A stretch of 64,000 nt of DNA, taken from assembly GCF_026571515.1 (NCBI RefSeq), contig NW_026859562.1, positions 372,001-436,000 on the forward strand, given 5' to 3'. Shown in pieces: positions 1-12,982 of the stretch. The notes below the pieces were generated by a model. That model saw only the letters and a program-made list of their open reading frames with translations. It was not told the DNA's origin and did not search any database. The position numbers were made by a program, and so were the translations under genes. Each line of letters opens with the position of its first letter. The stretch's first letter is position 1. The stretch comes from Ruditapes philippinarum. Lineage: Eukaryota.

Positions 1-3000
1 TGAAATAAAAGTGAAATTTTCTGTCATTTTAAAAAAAATCCCGTGTAAAATTTTGGGACATCCGTCGCATGAAAAATGCTAACGTTTAAAAAAACGTAAA
101 ATAAAAAAGGGGACATTTGGAATGCCCCACGTTCGCTTTAAAAAATTTTTAAAAATTTAGCCCGATTTGGAGCAAAAAGATTTATTTTTTTAAAAAATTT
201 ATTCCCTTCCCCCTTTTAAATTTGATATGTGAGCTGAAATATTAAAATATCTTTTTACGTTTGTTTTAGTTTTAAGTATTTTTAAATTTAAAAAAAATCC
301 CCTGAGCCTTTTCAATCTTTGGCGCAATCTGTTATAGAAAAGGGTCGAGTTCTCTTTGTTTTTTTGTGGTACCGGTTTAAATTTTAAAATTTCTTACCAA
401 ATTTTTTAATATTTTCTAAAGTTAACTGATATTGAAATTATGCATATTTTTTTACTTAAAATTTTTTTTGTTTACCCCTTAAATTATTTTTTAACCCTTT
501 CCCTAGTTTTTAAAAAAAAACAACAATGTTGTTATATTTTAGTAAGGATTTTTTTTTATTCTACATGTTTTTTTCCGTTACAATTTTCACTTTAAATATT
601 TTTAAACCTATCTATAAAATAGAATTTTCACAGGAAAAAAAAAAGGTAGGAACCCCTAATCAAAATGTTTTAATTTTAGACAATGGGATTGGGTTTTAAA
701 GTTTTCCTTTCATTTTTTTTTCAAAATTTTTCCAAAAGGTAAATGCATACGAAAAGCACGGGGAAAAACACAAAGAATTTTAAGTTGTTTAAATTTTTGA
801 AACTCTGTTCAAAAATGTTTTTTTTTTTTTTTTCTTTTTAAAATGTTCAAAATGTTTTTAAAAAGCTTTTGTTTGTTTTTTTTTTTTTAAAAAAATGTTC
901 AAAAATTTTAAAAGAAGAAAAAAATTTTCCAATTTTTTTTATTTTAAACTAATTTTTTGCTTTTTTTCCAAAAAAGCCAAAAAAGCCCGGGGGGGTCTGT
1001 GGCGGAGTTGGTTTTAAAACCCCCTTGCCCCTCACCCCTTTTTTTTCTTGTGGGCTGATATAAAAGCACGGAGTTTGGGACGTGAATCTATTTCTCGATT
1101 AAAACGTTGGAAAAAAACCGCAAGGGTGAAATTTTTCAGGTCTCCCTTGCACATCATAAAACTATCGACTTCGAAGTGAAATTTTTAATTATGGACAAAT
1201 AAATTAACCTAATCTGTCTTTTAATTTAAAAGGGGTTTTAAATTGGAATTATTTATTTAACCTTTTTTTAAAAACCCCTCAAAACCCTGAACCACTACCC
1301 ATTTAAAACCGGGAAGCTTGGTAAAGGGGGTTTTTTTTCCAAAGTTTTAATTTAATTTTTTTGAGGGGTTTTTTTGGACATTTAAAGTTAAATTTTTGAA
1401 ACGAACTGCAAAAGGAAAAAAATTTTTTCCCAAATTTGTCAAAAACAAATTTTTCTTTCAACCCTTTGGGAATGAAAACGAAGGTATTTTTTTGTGTTTT
1501 TTCAAACGGAAATGCAAAAAATTTTAAAAGCAAAAGCTGGGGAAAAACCCTGCATGAAATTTTGGGCTTTAGAAATAAATAATTTAGTGCCTTTTTAATT
1601 TTTTCAAAGTCAATACCATGATTTTGCGGGTGTAAAGGGCTCCATCATTTTGAAATAAACTTAAACCCCTAACAGATACCGCATTTTCCCAAAAAGGTTT
1701 TTAAAGAGAATTTTCAATGTGGAAAATTATATTGACTTAAGGTTATGTAGTAGAAAATTTTAAAAGGAAAAAAAAAAAAGTCAAAAATCACCAAAATTTT
1801 AAAAAACTTTCGCAAAAAAAGTTAAAGAATTTTTTGCTTTTTTTCGTTTTTTTTTGGAGGGGGGGGGGCGAGGAAAAAGAGTCGGGGGAAAAAAAAATGT
1901 TTTATGGAAAATTTTAAAGTCAATGTGAAAAGTAAAAATTTTAAATTTGCATCACCAGAAGCGCAGAATTTGGCACCGTCATTGTTCTTAAAGGTTATGC
2001 GATAATGGTTTTTTTAAAACAGTTTTAGAGACGAAAAAGTAAAATTTCAAACAGTAATGGGAAGTCTTGCCAAAAGAGATAAAGATTTACTGAAAAAATT
2101 CCAAAAATCTGTGGGGAATAAATTTGGTTTATTTTCCCCCTTTTTGCTTTTAAACAACCAATATTTTTTTTTACTAAAAGAAAATTTTTTTACATGTAAA
2201 TTTTTTCTTTTTTCATTTCAGTTTCACGTGTGCCCTTTAGTTCCACAGGTAGAAATGAATTCCCAAAATGGGTGAAAATTAGGCAAAATTTTTTTATTGC
2301 AAGAAAATGAGATTGTTGGAAAAAATTTCATATGCAAAGAAAAAAATAATTATTTTTGTCCTTTTACCAAAAAAAACCCAAAGGGGGAAGCCCTTTTGGT
2401 TTATTCTGAAGGGTGGTCCCCTATGGAAAAAGGTTTTAAACCTTGGGAACTCTTTTCTTTGATCTGAAACTTTTTATTGAATTTTAAACAAAAGTTTTTG
2501 ACTTGTAAAAGAAAAAAAATTAAATTTAAAAAACATATCGACTTTTTGTAAATTGAGTTTTTTGCAAGTATAGTCATTTTGGTCATGAAAAAAGGAAACA
2601 TTTCCTCACACTGAAAATAGATTTGGAAAAGGATTCATCACCTTTTTTTCATAAACTTTTAAAAAATAAGGCTTATATCAAATTTTGGGGTTTGGGAGCA
2701 TGTAAAAAATTCTAAGAAAAACCCAAAAAAAATTTTTATTTTTTTGAGAAAAAGTATCTTTTAGGTTAAATTATTAACACAACAAATATTTTGACGCAGG
2801 AAAACAAATGAAAAAAATTTGGCCAGTTCTTTTTTTTTTTTATTTGTTTTAATGGATTTTTACAGCATATGATTTTTTGTTCTTTTGGTTTCTGCGTAAT
2901 GTCATTGGGCCCCTTTAAAAATAATTCAATAGGTATTTTTTGGTCTGACAGACAAGACAAAGTTATTGTTCCCCTTTCAGTGTAAACCCCAAAAAAGAAG

Positions 3001-4950
3001 GGGAAAAAAAGCCACTTTAAAAAATAATCTTTTCTTTATGCAATGCACAAAAAAGTTTTGAAATTTCCCCTTCCCGGGCTGTTTTTGTTTCTGATGGGTT
3101 AGTAAAATTAGTGGTAGGAAAATGTTGGGGAAAAATATTAAATTTTTGTAAAAATTTTTGCAAAAAGAGGAAATTTTTTAGAGAAAAAAAAACCCAAAGT
3201 CTAAACTAAAAGTATAAAAAAAAATTTAAAATTGGGATTACATTGTATTGCCGTTCGTCTTTATAATGTCGGTGCTGTAAAATGTACGTCACAATTATTT
3301 ACCGCTTAATTTTAGTGAGCAAGTAAAAAATATTATTTGTATTTCCTCAACATTTGACTTTAATGTGTACCGATTTTTACCGCTACTTAATACCATTATG
3401 TTGCATGTATAAGGTAGAAGTCAGTACATTTACGCTGTACCATCTCTAATTAACATATCAGTAGCGATGATAATTTTAAAATACTGATTTTAACCATTAT
3501 GTTCAGAGCTAAAGGAAACATTCAAAAATTAAATGTGCAAGAGTACATCATCTACATGTATGGTGCTGATGATGATGAAAACTTTCAGTAGATCCTTTAA
3601 TCATGGAAAAGTAAAATAAAAGAAAGTAACATATCAAAGGGGGGAAACTACGCGATATACACGCCTTTTAACGCCTTTTTCACCCCCCCCCCCTTGATGT
3701 CTCAAATGGTGAAAAAATGCCTTATTTAGGCCCCCAACACTTGTTGTTTGTTTGAGAAATGTTGTTAAAAAAGTGGCCACTTTTTCGGCGCGGCCCCCCA
3801 ACCAAAAGATACATCAAGGGGTTGGCAGAAGGGGGTGTGCCCCCTTCTGTTTGGGGGTTTGAAGGGGGCGGAGTCCCCCTCATCGCCAAGAAAATTTTGG
3901 ACTTGTGGGAGGCTATAAATGACTCCAGATTGATCATAAGGTAACGTGTAACCAACGCTGAAAAGCATCTGACTCTATCTCAATCCATTGAGAAGTTGCA
4001 GCACTTTGAAATCAATTTTGATGGAAAAAATCAACGCAAAATAATGATATTTGGCAATTTTGAGATGTCCCCTCGTTGCCATGGTAACAGAAAATTTAAG
4101 TCTGAGCATGTTGTTGCAAGGGCAATGGTCCAGTCAACATTTGTGCCAAGTTTGATTAGTGTTGAAGCAGTTTTTATAGTATTATAGCAATTTGAACTTG
4201 TAACGGGAGACTTTTCAAGGAAAACAGCCATTTTTCACAAAATGCTCATGAAGTAATGGGTTAAAATACAGATGCAAGAGTTTTTGGCTTGTCTTTTAAA
4301 TTGGTAAGGCATCATGACTGAAGTGACGCCTTTCAGATTTGCTAACCCCGAGTTCACATATATTACTAAATATACTTCAATTTGTATAAAGTTGTCTTTA
4401 AAAGGACGCTGATTTTAGAGGTAAATGAAGATTAACAATGCCAAAATTATATAAATGGGATAACAATGAACAACGATATGTTCAAAATAAAAGAAGCACA
4501 ATTTCCATTTATTCATAGATTTTAATATTGTATATAATATGTTATTTTTTAAATTCATTGTAGTAGCTATATGCATATAAAGAATACAAATTTAACAATT
4601 AAAAGTATTTGAAATGTCAATACATGTATAGGTAACAAGCATATACAAAACAAGGCTCACCATTACCATAGCAACATATTGTGATAAAAAATTAACAATT
4701 ATTAAGAAATCAGATAAAAGTTCTACTATATGCATTTAAAATACAATATTCTCTATAAATAAAGTATTATTGAATACATGTAAAAATGTAACAATAGTAC
4801 AATTGAAATAAAAAATTTGAACAAAACGCCACTCCATATTATTCCTGTATATGGAAATGGACAATATTGTTGGAAAATCAATTTAGCCACAAAGGATTCA
4901 GATTTCACCATTTTCACAAACGGACAGCAAAGCAGTGTTCTTTTTATGTT
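1..4950 (+). repeat. Left copy of a tandem segmental duplication (matches ~5310-8680); 1-3240 is homopolymer-noisy
   Basis: Collinear matches: 223 gatatgtgagctgaaatatt vs 5461 gatatgagctgaaatatt; 2531 aaacatatcgactttttgta vs 7525; 4425 aatgaagattaacaatgccaaaattatat vs 8129. The copies differ by insertions (2830-2985, 3494-4260). Confidence 0.85.
3494..4260. mobile_element. Non-autonomous TTAA-flanked TIR element (piggyBac-like MITE)
   Basis: TTAA at 3490-3493 and 4261-4264. Imperfect TIR: ccattatgttcagagc vs reverse complement of right end cccattacttcatgagc. Absent from the duplicate copy. Confidence 0.55.
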
Positions 4951-5462
4951 CTTTAAGCCAAAAAAGCCAAAAGTGTTTTTATTTTAATGACGACATTTTC
5001 GAATAAATAAACGTTGCAACTACAAACTGTTGAAAAAGGATTACACAATAACCCAATGTTAAAATGACGAGAAATTATAGGATGACATTTTTGGGGGTTT
5101 ACGTTTTATACCAAACTCGACAAAAATTAAGACCAGTTTCATTTTTGTACCAGACTATTTGGTGTATTATAAAATTTAAACTTACGTCTTGGTTTTTGAG
5201 CTTTTTGAAGTGGCCTGAGATGGAACTTGGTGTCATTATATCAAAAATAGTTTGTAATCAAATAGATGAAACATCAATTTTTGGGCAGATATAAATTTAA
5301 TGGAGAAAACATGAAATTTATCAGTTATTATAAACAAAGTCCGGGTAATTCGGGATCTTCCGGTGTATGACAGTGCTATCGTAAAATAAACGTGACGTGT
5401 CGCTTAAAACATTATATATTTATGTTCGATTGTGCAGATATATCAATTTTTCTATATATAGA

Positions 5463-7456
5463 TATGAGCTGAAATATTAGCATATCTATGCATTTGTTTT
5501 AGTATTTAGTAGTTTTGGACTTTAAAACCCTGTGATATTGCCATCTGCGCAATCTGTAATAGAAAATGGATCGAGTTCTCGTAGTTATTCTGCTGGCATT
5601 GGTATTTTTAACATACTTACATTTCTTTAATATTTCTACATTTACTGATTCTGTTCACTTATTCATATTTTTGCACTTATTCATATGTTTAAACTTAATC
5701 ATATTTTTACACTTATTCATATTTTAAAATAAATAAACTACAATAATATTGTATTATAATATGTTATTTTTCATACGTATATGCATGTATAAAGTTGTTC
5801 TGCAACAATATTTACGCAAAAAATAAAAAAGGTCGACCGATAATTAACGCGATCGACAAGTGTTTAACTGTAGGCACAAATGCGCCATGTATGGTTTAAT
5901 GTTACTTTCTTATTTTCAGACAATTATCCAAACGATAACTGCAAACGCAAGTCTATTTGAGGGCAACAATTCTATGATGTAAGTTGTGATTATTGGACTC
6001 TGTTTAAATGTTTTTTGTTTGCTTTTTACTCTTGTTTAAAACTGATAGAATGAAAAGATTTTTCAATTCTTTATTCAAACCATTTTAGCTTTTTTCCAAA
6101 TCACCCAACAGCCAGGGATGTCCGTGGCGGAGTGGTTAAACCACTTGCCCCTCATCGCTATTTGTGCTTGTGCCTGGCACAATGCAAGATGCACGTGACA
6201 ACTATGCTTGACTAAAAGGTTGAGAAAAAAACAGCAAGAGTGATTTATCAGGCCCCCATGCACATCGCAGCTATCGATTTCGATATGTATTCGAATTAAA
6301 GGACAATATCAATTAATGCGTCTTGTATGCAGGTTTGAAAAAAGTATCTATTTTATAACCATTTTCCTCTAGCCACTACCATACCACAGCTTGGTAAAAA
6401 TGTGTATTCGTGCACTTCTAAATACATGTAAGTTCCCTCGAGGGGTTTCATAGCAACATGAGAAACTTAAATTTAATGGAACTGCCAAGTACAATATGGT
6501 CAATTTGTCATTGTTTTTCAGCCTTGTGGGACTGAAAACGAAGGTATTTGTGTGTGCTCAAACCGTAATGCAATCACTGATGCCAATGTTGGGGAAAATC
6601 CCTGCAACAATTTTGTCTGCAGAGGTAAGTTATACAAGTTTAAATTTGGAATGTCAATACACAGTGATTTGCGACTGTAAGACTCCTTCATTTTGAAATA
6701 ACTTAACCATAACCTGTCCTAAGATACCACATGCCGTTTGGCAAAAGGGTTTAACGAGATTTCAATATGGCACATCATATTTACTTAACATTATGCTAAA
6801 GAAAAATTTTGAAAAAAGACAAAGACCAATAACTTCAAATTTAAGCAAACTTGAACTGAGTTATGAATTTTTAGCTTTAAACATTTGTGTTTGGAAAGGG
6901 GAGGCGAGGAAGAGAGGCGGGGGTATAAAAAAAACTTTTTTATGAATTCTTAAGTCTATTTGACATAACAAATAATTAGCATCACCATATGTAGAATCGT
7001 CATGGTCTTTGTCTAGTTAAAGGTAATCATCCGTATATATGACCATGAACATCAGCAAATCTTGTCAAATAAATGTTTTGAAACAGATTTTAGAGACGGA
7101 AAATTTGAAGATACAATCAGTAATGTAAGTCTTGCCAAAGAGACAGATTCCTGAATAAATGCAATATCTATGGTGAGATTAGAGTGTGATTTTCTTTATT
7201 GCTTTTAGCAACAATATTTCTATTTATTTATGGAATCTATTTATTTCTTCTTTATTTCATTAGCAGTACACGTTTGCTTCAGGTGCACAGGTAGAGATAC
7301 AATTCCTAAAATGGGTGAAAATGGGCAATTTCTTTATTGCAACGATGATGCAAATTGTGGAAAAATTTCAAGTGCATGAAAACTAATTATTGTTGTCCTA
7401 TACCAAAGGGCAAGCATTCTGGTTTACTGACGGATGATATGTTTGGAGGAAAATGA
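5463..7456 (+). pseudogene. Decayed multi-exon gene for a small secreted cysteine-rich protein with a C-terminal Lustrin/WR1-like Cys repeat
   Basis: GT-AG exons: ~5463-5601 (signal-peptide-like HIYAFVLVFSSFGL, with stops); 5920-5978 (DNYPNDNCKRKSI*GQQFYD); 6522-6624 (PCGTENEGICVCSNRNAITDANVGENPCNNFVCR); ~7087-7172 (CKSCQRDRFLNKC, frameshift); 7283-7456 (CTGRDTIPKMGENGQFLYCNDDANCG/frameshift/NFKCMKTNYCCP). Several stops and frameshifts. Confidence 0.55.
6114..6280 (+). mobile_element. Degenerate tRNA-derived SINE fragment
   Basis: Pol III A-box-like head ccgtggcggagtggttaa followed by cacttgcccctc. A noisy copy lies at ~995-1170. Confidence 0.4.
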
Positions 7457-9089
7457 TTCAAACCTGATAACTCTTACTTGAAATCATCAATGCATTGATT
7501 TGTAACGAATAAATTAATGAATAAAAACATATCGACTTTTTGTATTAAATTTTCGCAAGTATAGTCATGAAAAGAAGCATTTCCTCACACGTGAAAATAG
7601 ATTTCAATGGATTCATCACCTTTTTGACATAAACTCTAGAACTAAGGCTTATATCAAATTTGGTATTGGTGCATGTAATAAGTAACATGAAAAAGTTTAT
7701 GTTTTTGAGAGGAATGTAATGTCAAGGTACTACTTATGTAACACAACAACGTATTTTGACGCAAGATAAAATGAAATAAACACAAGAAAAGAAGGAACAA
7801 AAGCCACTTAAATAATAATCTTTTTTCTAATTATGCAATGCACAATCAAGTACAATGTATGTATTCATCAAAATTAAGACTCAAATTTAAATTACTACGC
7901 AAAATTATTAGATCTGTATGATTTTACTGAGTTAATTTTTCAGTGAAATGTTTTGACCAGTTTTGCTTACAAAGTAATATTTTAAGGAATACAATATTCA
8001 AAAAATTCCTGGGAATGCATTCATCAAGTCCAAATATTTAAAACAAATTACAAAGAATTTTCCAAACGTGTTTTACTTTTCAAAATATACGAAAATGTTT
8101 CTTTGACAGGACACTGGTTTAAACGTAGATGAAGATTAACAATGCCAAAATTATATTAAAGGGATAACAATGAGCTACATACATTTTTATATGTCAAAAT
8201 AAAGAAGCACAATTTCCATTTATTCATAGATTTTAATATTGTATATAATATGTTATTTTTTAAATTCATTGTAGTAGCTATATACATATAAAGAATATAA
8301 ATTTAACAATTAAAGGTCTTTGAAATGTTTATCTAGGTAACAAGCATATACAAAACAAGGCTCACCATTACCATAGCAACATATTGTGATAAAAAAATAA
8401 CAATTATTTAGAAATCAGATAAAAGTTCTACTATATGCATTTAAAATACAATATTCTTTACAAATAAAGTATTAATGAACACATGTAAAAAATAAACAAT
8501 AGTAAAATTGAAATATGAACAAAATGCCACTCCATATTGTTCATGCATATAGAAATGGACAATCATGTTGTAAAATCAATTTAGCCACCTGTAAAGTTAT
8601 CAAAGGATTCAGATTTCTGAACAAACTATTCAACATTCTCACAAATGGATAGCTAAGTGGTTTTCTTCCCCTAATGGTCTTTTAGCTATGTTAAAGATTT
8701 ACCTTAACAAAAGCGTAAGAGACTGAAAAGCATAAAAGAAGATTGGCTGTTACATATGTTTTGATATAATTCTATATGTTATAATAGAATGCTAAAGCCC
8801 CTCATTTTAGTGAAACATAATTAAGTATTTTTGTTCTCCTGCTCTATTTACCATTACATGGACCCTAAACCTAATCTAGGGGTGCATATAAATTTGTTAG
8901 TATTTAGAGATACTTCATTAGATATGCACAATCTCAGAACTCTCTTTGAGCCCTGTTTGAAAGACAGACACTTTTGATAATAAAAAGCAATTTAATAAAA
9001 TTTTGTAAAAAACGCAACCAAAGTCCCCGAATAAAACATAAAGTGACAATTTAAACTCAATATTCAGTTTTTTCCATTCATTGTGGTGA

Positions 9090-9990
9090 AACCCTTTGAG
9101 TGAACAAATAAGATGTAACCGTTATTAAAATGACATAAAGAGACAAAAAAATCAGAGCTCTCTTTTCTCTCCACTATGAAGGGGAAGAAGTAAATGACAT
9201 TTTTGAAACATTAAAAACCTGGGGTAACTACAAACAACAAAAACTATGTAGACAGAATACTTTTCCTTCAAAGAAAAAATCAGAATTTTAAAATTTTAAA
9301 AAATGTTTACAGACACAATAGGAAGCTGATGAAAACATTGATATATTCCTCATATGATTGAAACAATTAGGCCTGAACTGCAAAGTTTGGAACACAGAGA
9401 AATTACATTACAAATCATTCAAAACTGCATACCAAAATGACTGCATCTCAAGGCACTGCACAATTACCTGACATTGGACAATTTCGTTAAAGAAGCAAGA
9501 ACACTAGAATTATCGGACTAACCAGCATCTAAAATTGAAAATCAAGCAAAACATAACTCCGTAAATGTTATGACAACATTACTAGGAGAAAAACAAACAA
9601 ATAAGTAGGTAATGACCTGACCACATCAGTAAGAAAAACAACATTAAGATACTGCGGTTATGAATATCCTCATAAATCGGGAACATTCCCAACCAGTGGG
9701 GTAAAACATGCACATTTTGCTCAAAGAAAAAACCAGTCTGAAGCAGTATAACTCTCAAAGATAAAAGGATAAAAGATTTCACATACAAACTGAATGATAA
9801 TTCTCAAAGTAAAGTGATAATGAAAAAAATGACAGTGAAAATGAAATATATGGACCCTCTGTAAATTACATGCAATTGCAAAGACTGAACTTGAACGTTT
9901 ATATCAACAATTGCAAAATCAAAGCATTAATAGCCACAAGATCATCAATAAATGTAATTAATGAAAAAAACCACATCCTTCAAAGCTTCA
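9090..9990 (+). mobile_element. Ty3/Gypsy LTR-retrotransposon gag-protease relic
   Basis: Broken frames give RALFSLHYEGEEVNDIFETL, QIIQNC..L.LKAL...LTLDNFVKEARTLELS, the zinc-knuckle remnant CGYEYPH...GKTCTFC, and the protease site LIATRSSINVI (decayed LIDTGSS). Confidence 0.75.
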
Positions 9991-10676
9991 ATAAAGTAAT
10001 GTTGACTGACAGGCGGAAGGTTAATACAATAGACCTCCCACATATCCTGTTTGCTCTTTGTTTGATATATATGCATGGGATGAAATGGAACTTTGTAGAT
10101 GGTACATAAATGAAATACATTAACAAACTAAAAGTGGTATCATTTCCTCAAGATCAGTATCGTTGAAACAAAATATGTTTAAGATAAGAACTTATAAGTT
10201 TTAAGTCTACTATAACAGGAAAATGAATACCAACTCTGTTTAAAAAAGATTTGTTCAATTAAGGTAAATCATTATGGTTAATACATGTATAAAGTTCAAC
10301 ATATACACAGTAACAACTAACATATGATAAAATCTAAATGTGCAACCACATAAAGTTAAGAATCTCATATATCTTGTAACAGTTCTTTAGCCTCAGTGGA
10401 CATATGAAATTTCTATAATATATATATCAAGGAAGATTACATAATTTGAAGGTTATCTCAAAAACTCACTTGGCCCTGAAATAACATAAATTGTGGCCTT
10501 AAAAAATAGCCAAATAATTTTAAGTTTTTAACTGTGCCAATGCCACTTAAAACCAACCAAGAAATAAATATTCAAAATTTAAAATATTTGTAAAAGCACA
10601 TCTTATAAGATAAATACATTGTATCTATTATACATTCATATATTACATTAATATGACCAATTTCTACATATATATA

Positions 10677-11839
10677 CAGTAAAATCCAATAACAAACTCA
10701 TTGGGACATTCAAATCTGTTCCTTATATCCAGAGTTTCTTGTAAGCATATAGCGAATTAGTTCCTTTTATCAGGAGTTTTTATAGCAAACAGATTTACAT
10801 ATAACAAACTGATTGTTTACCATCATTCTTTATTTTGAAGAGCATTTGATTTGGGTTCTCCATTGTTTACTCCCTTTCTCATTTTGTCGTAAAATACCAT
10901 ATTTTGTTTCTAAACTCGGTGCTTTTCGTTTTCTTTCCATCATAAAGAATATTTTTCCTTCCTTTTTATAATGAACATTTATTATATTTGAACTAAGACT
11001 TTTACTTATGAAAGAAATAGATTTCATTTCATTTCAGTCAAACATACTTTGTACTTTTTCAATGGATTTTTCTCATTGTTTGTTTGTTTCATTTTATGCC
11101 TTTTCCCCAACAGTATTTCAGTCATATAGGCGGGTAGTTTCCTAACCATCGATATGGAGTTACACCAGTACTAGACTACCTTCCTCTGTGCTTAACTACC
11201 AAAGCATCTCCCAGGGATCGATCCCACGCCAAAGAGGTAACTGGATTATAAGTCATCGACTGTAACCCCTCGACCATGGAGGTGGGTTCTTCTCAAGAAA
11301 TAGCATAACCCCTCGACCATGGAGGTGGGTTCTTCTCAAGAAATAGCATGAGTATATATATGTATTTTGAAATCCGATTATAAATGATCATAGTTTTTTC
11401 CTCGTGAAAAAAGAAAAACTATTAAAGAAAAGAAATAATGGAATAAAATGAATAATCTTTTTATCTTGTTGACAAGAACTCATGCAATAGAACTGCTATA
11501 CAAAATTTTAATAGCTGTATTGAAGTACATACAACAATAAACTGTACAGTTTAAACGCAAATTATAAAATGCCAGTTTAAACAAAAGTAGAAAATGCAGG
11601 TTCTATTGACAGACAGCCGATATTTGTGAGTTCATAATAAACGCGTAATTTTCTGTACTTTAACTTAATTGGGGCTAAACAATGAGTTCTTTATGAGCGA
11701 TAATTCCTTATAACTGTGTTCGCTATAACCGTATATCTTTATAATAATTAAAGAAGGGAAAAATTCGGGCCCCAAAAAAGAGTGTCCCTTATAACCAGAA
11801 GTTTGCAATAACCATGTCCGCTATTAGTGAAGTTTACTG
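10677..11839. mobile_element. TA-flanked TIR element (Tc1/mariner-type MITE) containing a SINE
   Basis: ta|cagtaaa ... tttactg|ta termini with subterminal ttata/tataac motifs. Confidence 0.5.
11077..11285 (-). mobile_element. tRNA-derived SINE, family 1
   Basis: Minus-strand A box tggtcgagggg, B box ggatcgatccc and (aaac)n tail. Near-identical to 22575-22790 and 49739-49901. A ~43-bp tandem duplication at 11263-11349 spans its head. Confidence 0.85.
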
Positions 11840-12982
11840 TACATGTATGTGTTATATATCAGATAAACCAGATGAACAATCTTTGATCTCTTACATATCT
11901 GGAAAAAAATCAGTAATAGCAAAATATGTTCAGATATTTACATGTATAGGTCAGGATATAGTTTCAATTCTAACATATATTATTCCCCTAATAAAAACAC
12001 AGGACAGTCAAATGCATTATCACTAGATACAAAATGTAAATACACTGCACAAAAAGGAATGCTTACAGGTCATATGTGCTTAAAAAAATTGTTATATAGA
12101 TTGGTAAATAACATTCCAGTAAAAGATACAAATGGGTATCAAATATATAACTATGAGAATGATTACAAAGCACTGGTATGAATTAACTCATTAATGTTGA
12201 AAATGTTTTTTCTGTAATTTAAAGAAACTAAAATTCAAAATATACTATGATTCTAAATTATACGAAATGTATGGAAATCAAATAACTAAAAAAACTCTTA
12301 ATACTTTTGGTCAATTGATGTCAAAATATTTAATATTAAACTCTAAATATTCTTTTAAACTCATTCAATTGATGACATATCCCTATTAAGAAGCACTGCT
12401 CTAGCGTAATATTTTAAAATCATGACACAAATTTGTAAAATTTGGGAGCATAACTCTGCCAATCTAAAATAAATTTGTGTCAAAATATCCAGGTGTGTGT
12501 AACTACTCTTAGAAACTTTTAAGACTCTGACAGTTATAACTTTTGTTACAAGTGGCACAAACCTGTCTACTGACAGTGTAACAGTGGGATGAACCAGGGC
12601 AAATTGGCAAAAAATGGGCCTCCCACCCCATGTGGTGATGGTATAATAACATCCACTTAAAAGCATTTTAATGAATAACAGTAGACATGTGAAATATTGT
12701 AAAAATAACAGGAATATGATATTAACATGAGAATAAAAATATATAAGAAACACTAACATGGTTAACAATCAGCATTACATACATGAAAAATATTTCATTC
12801 TATCACTATATAATTATGTTCAATGTAAATTAGTAAAATCAGTCAAGATACATATGCATTTATATGTGCTTAAAATATAATGCTTTATAAGTAAATAATT
12901 AACGTAAATCATAACTATAAATTGATATTTGAATCATAGGCTCTGTTGAAAATTATATAAAAAGTAGCACAATGCTTGTATT

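Noticed and set aside
1303-2960. Lys/Phe-rich ORFs in the ORF track
   Set aside because: They are by-products of homopolymer-inflated sequence.
5958-5960. In-frame TGA at a likely Cys position (KSI*GQQFYDPC), a possible selenocysteine
   Set aside because: The same gene has TAG/TAA stops and frameshifts and no SECIS was recognised, so TGT/TGC>TGA decay is simpler.
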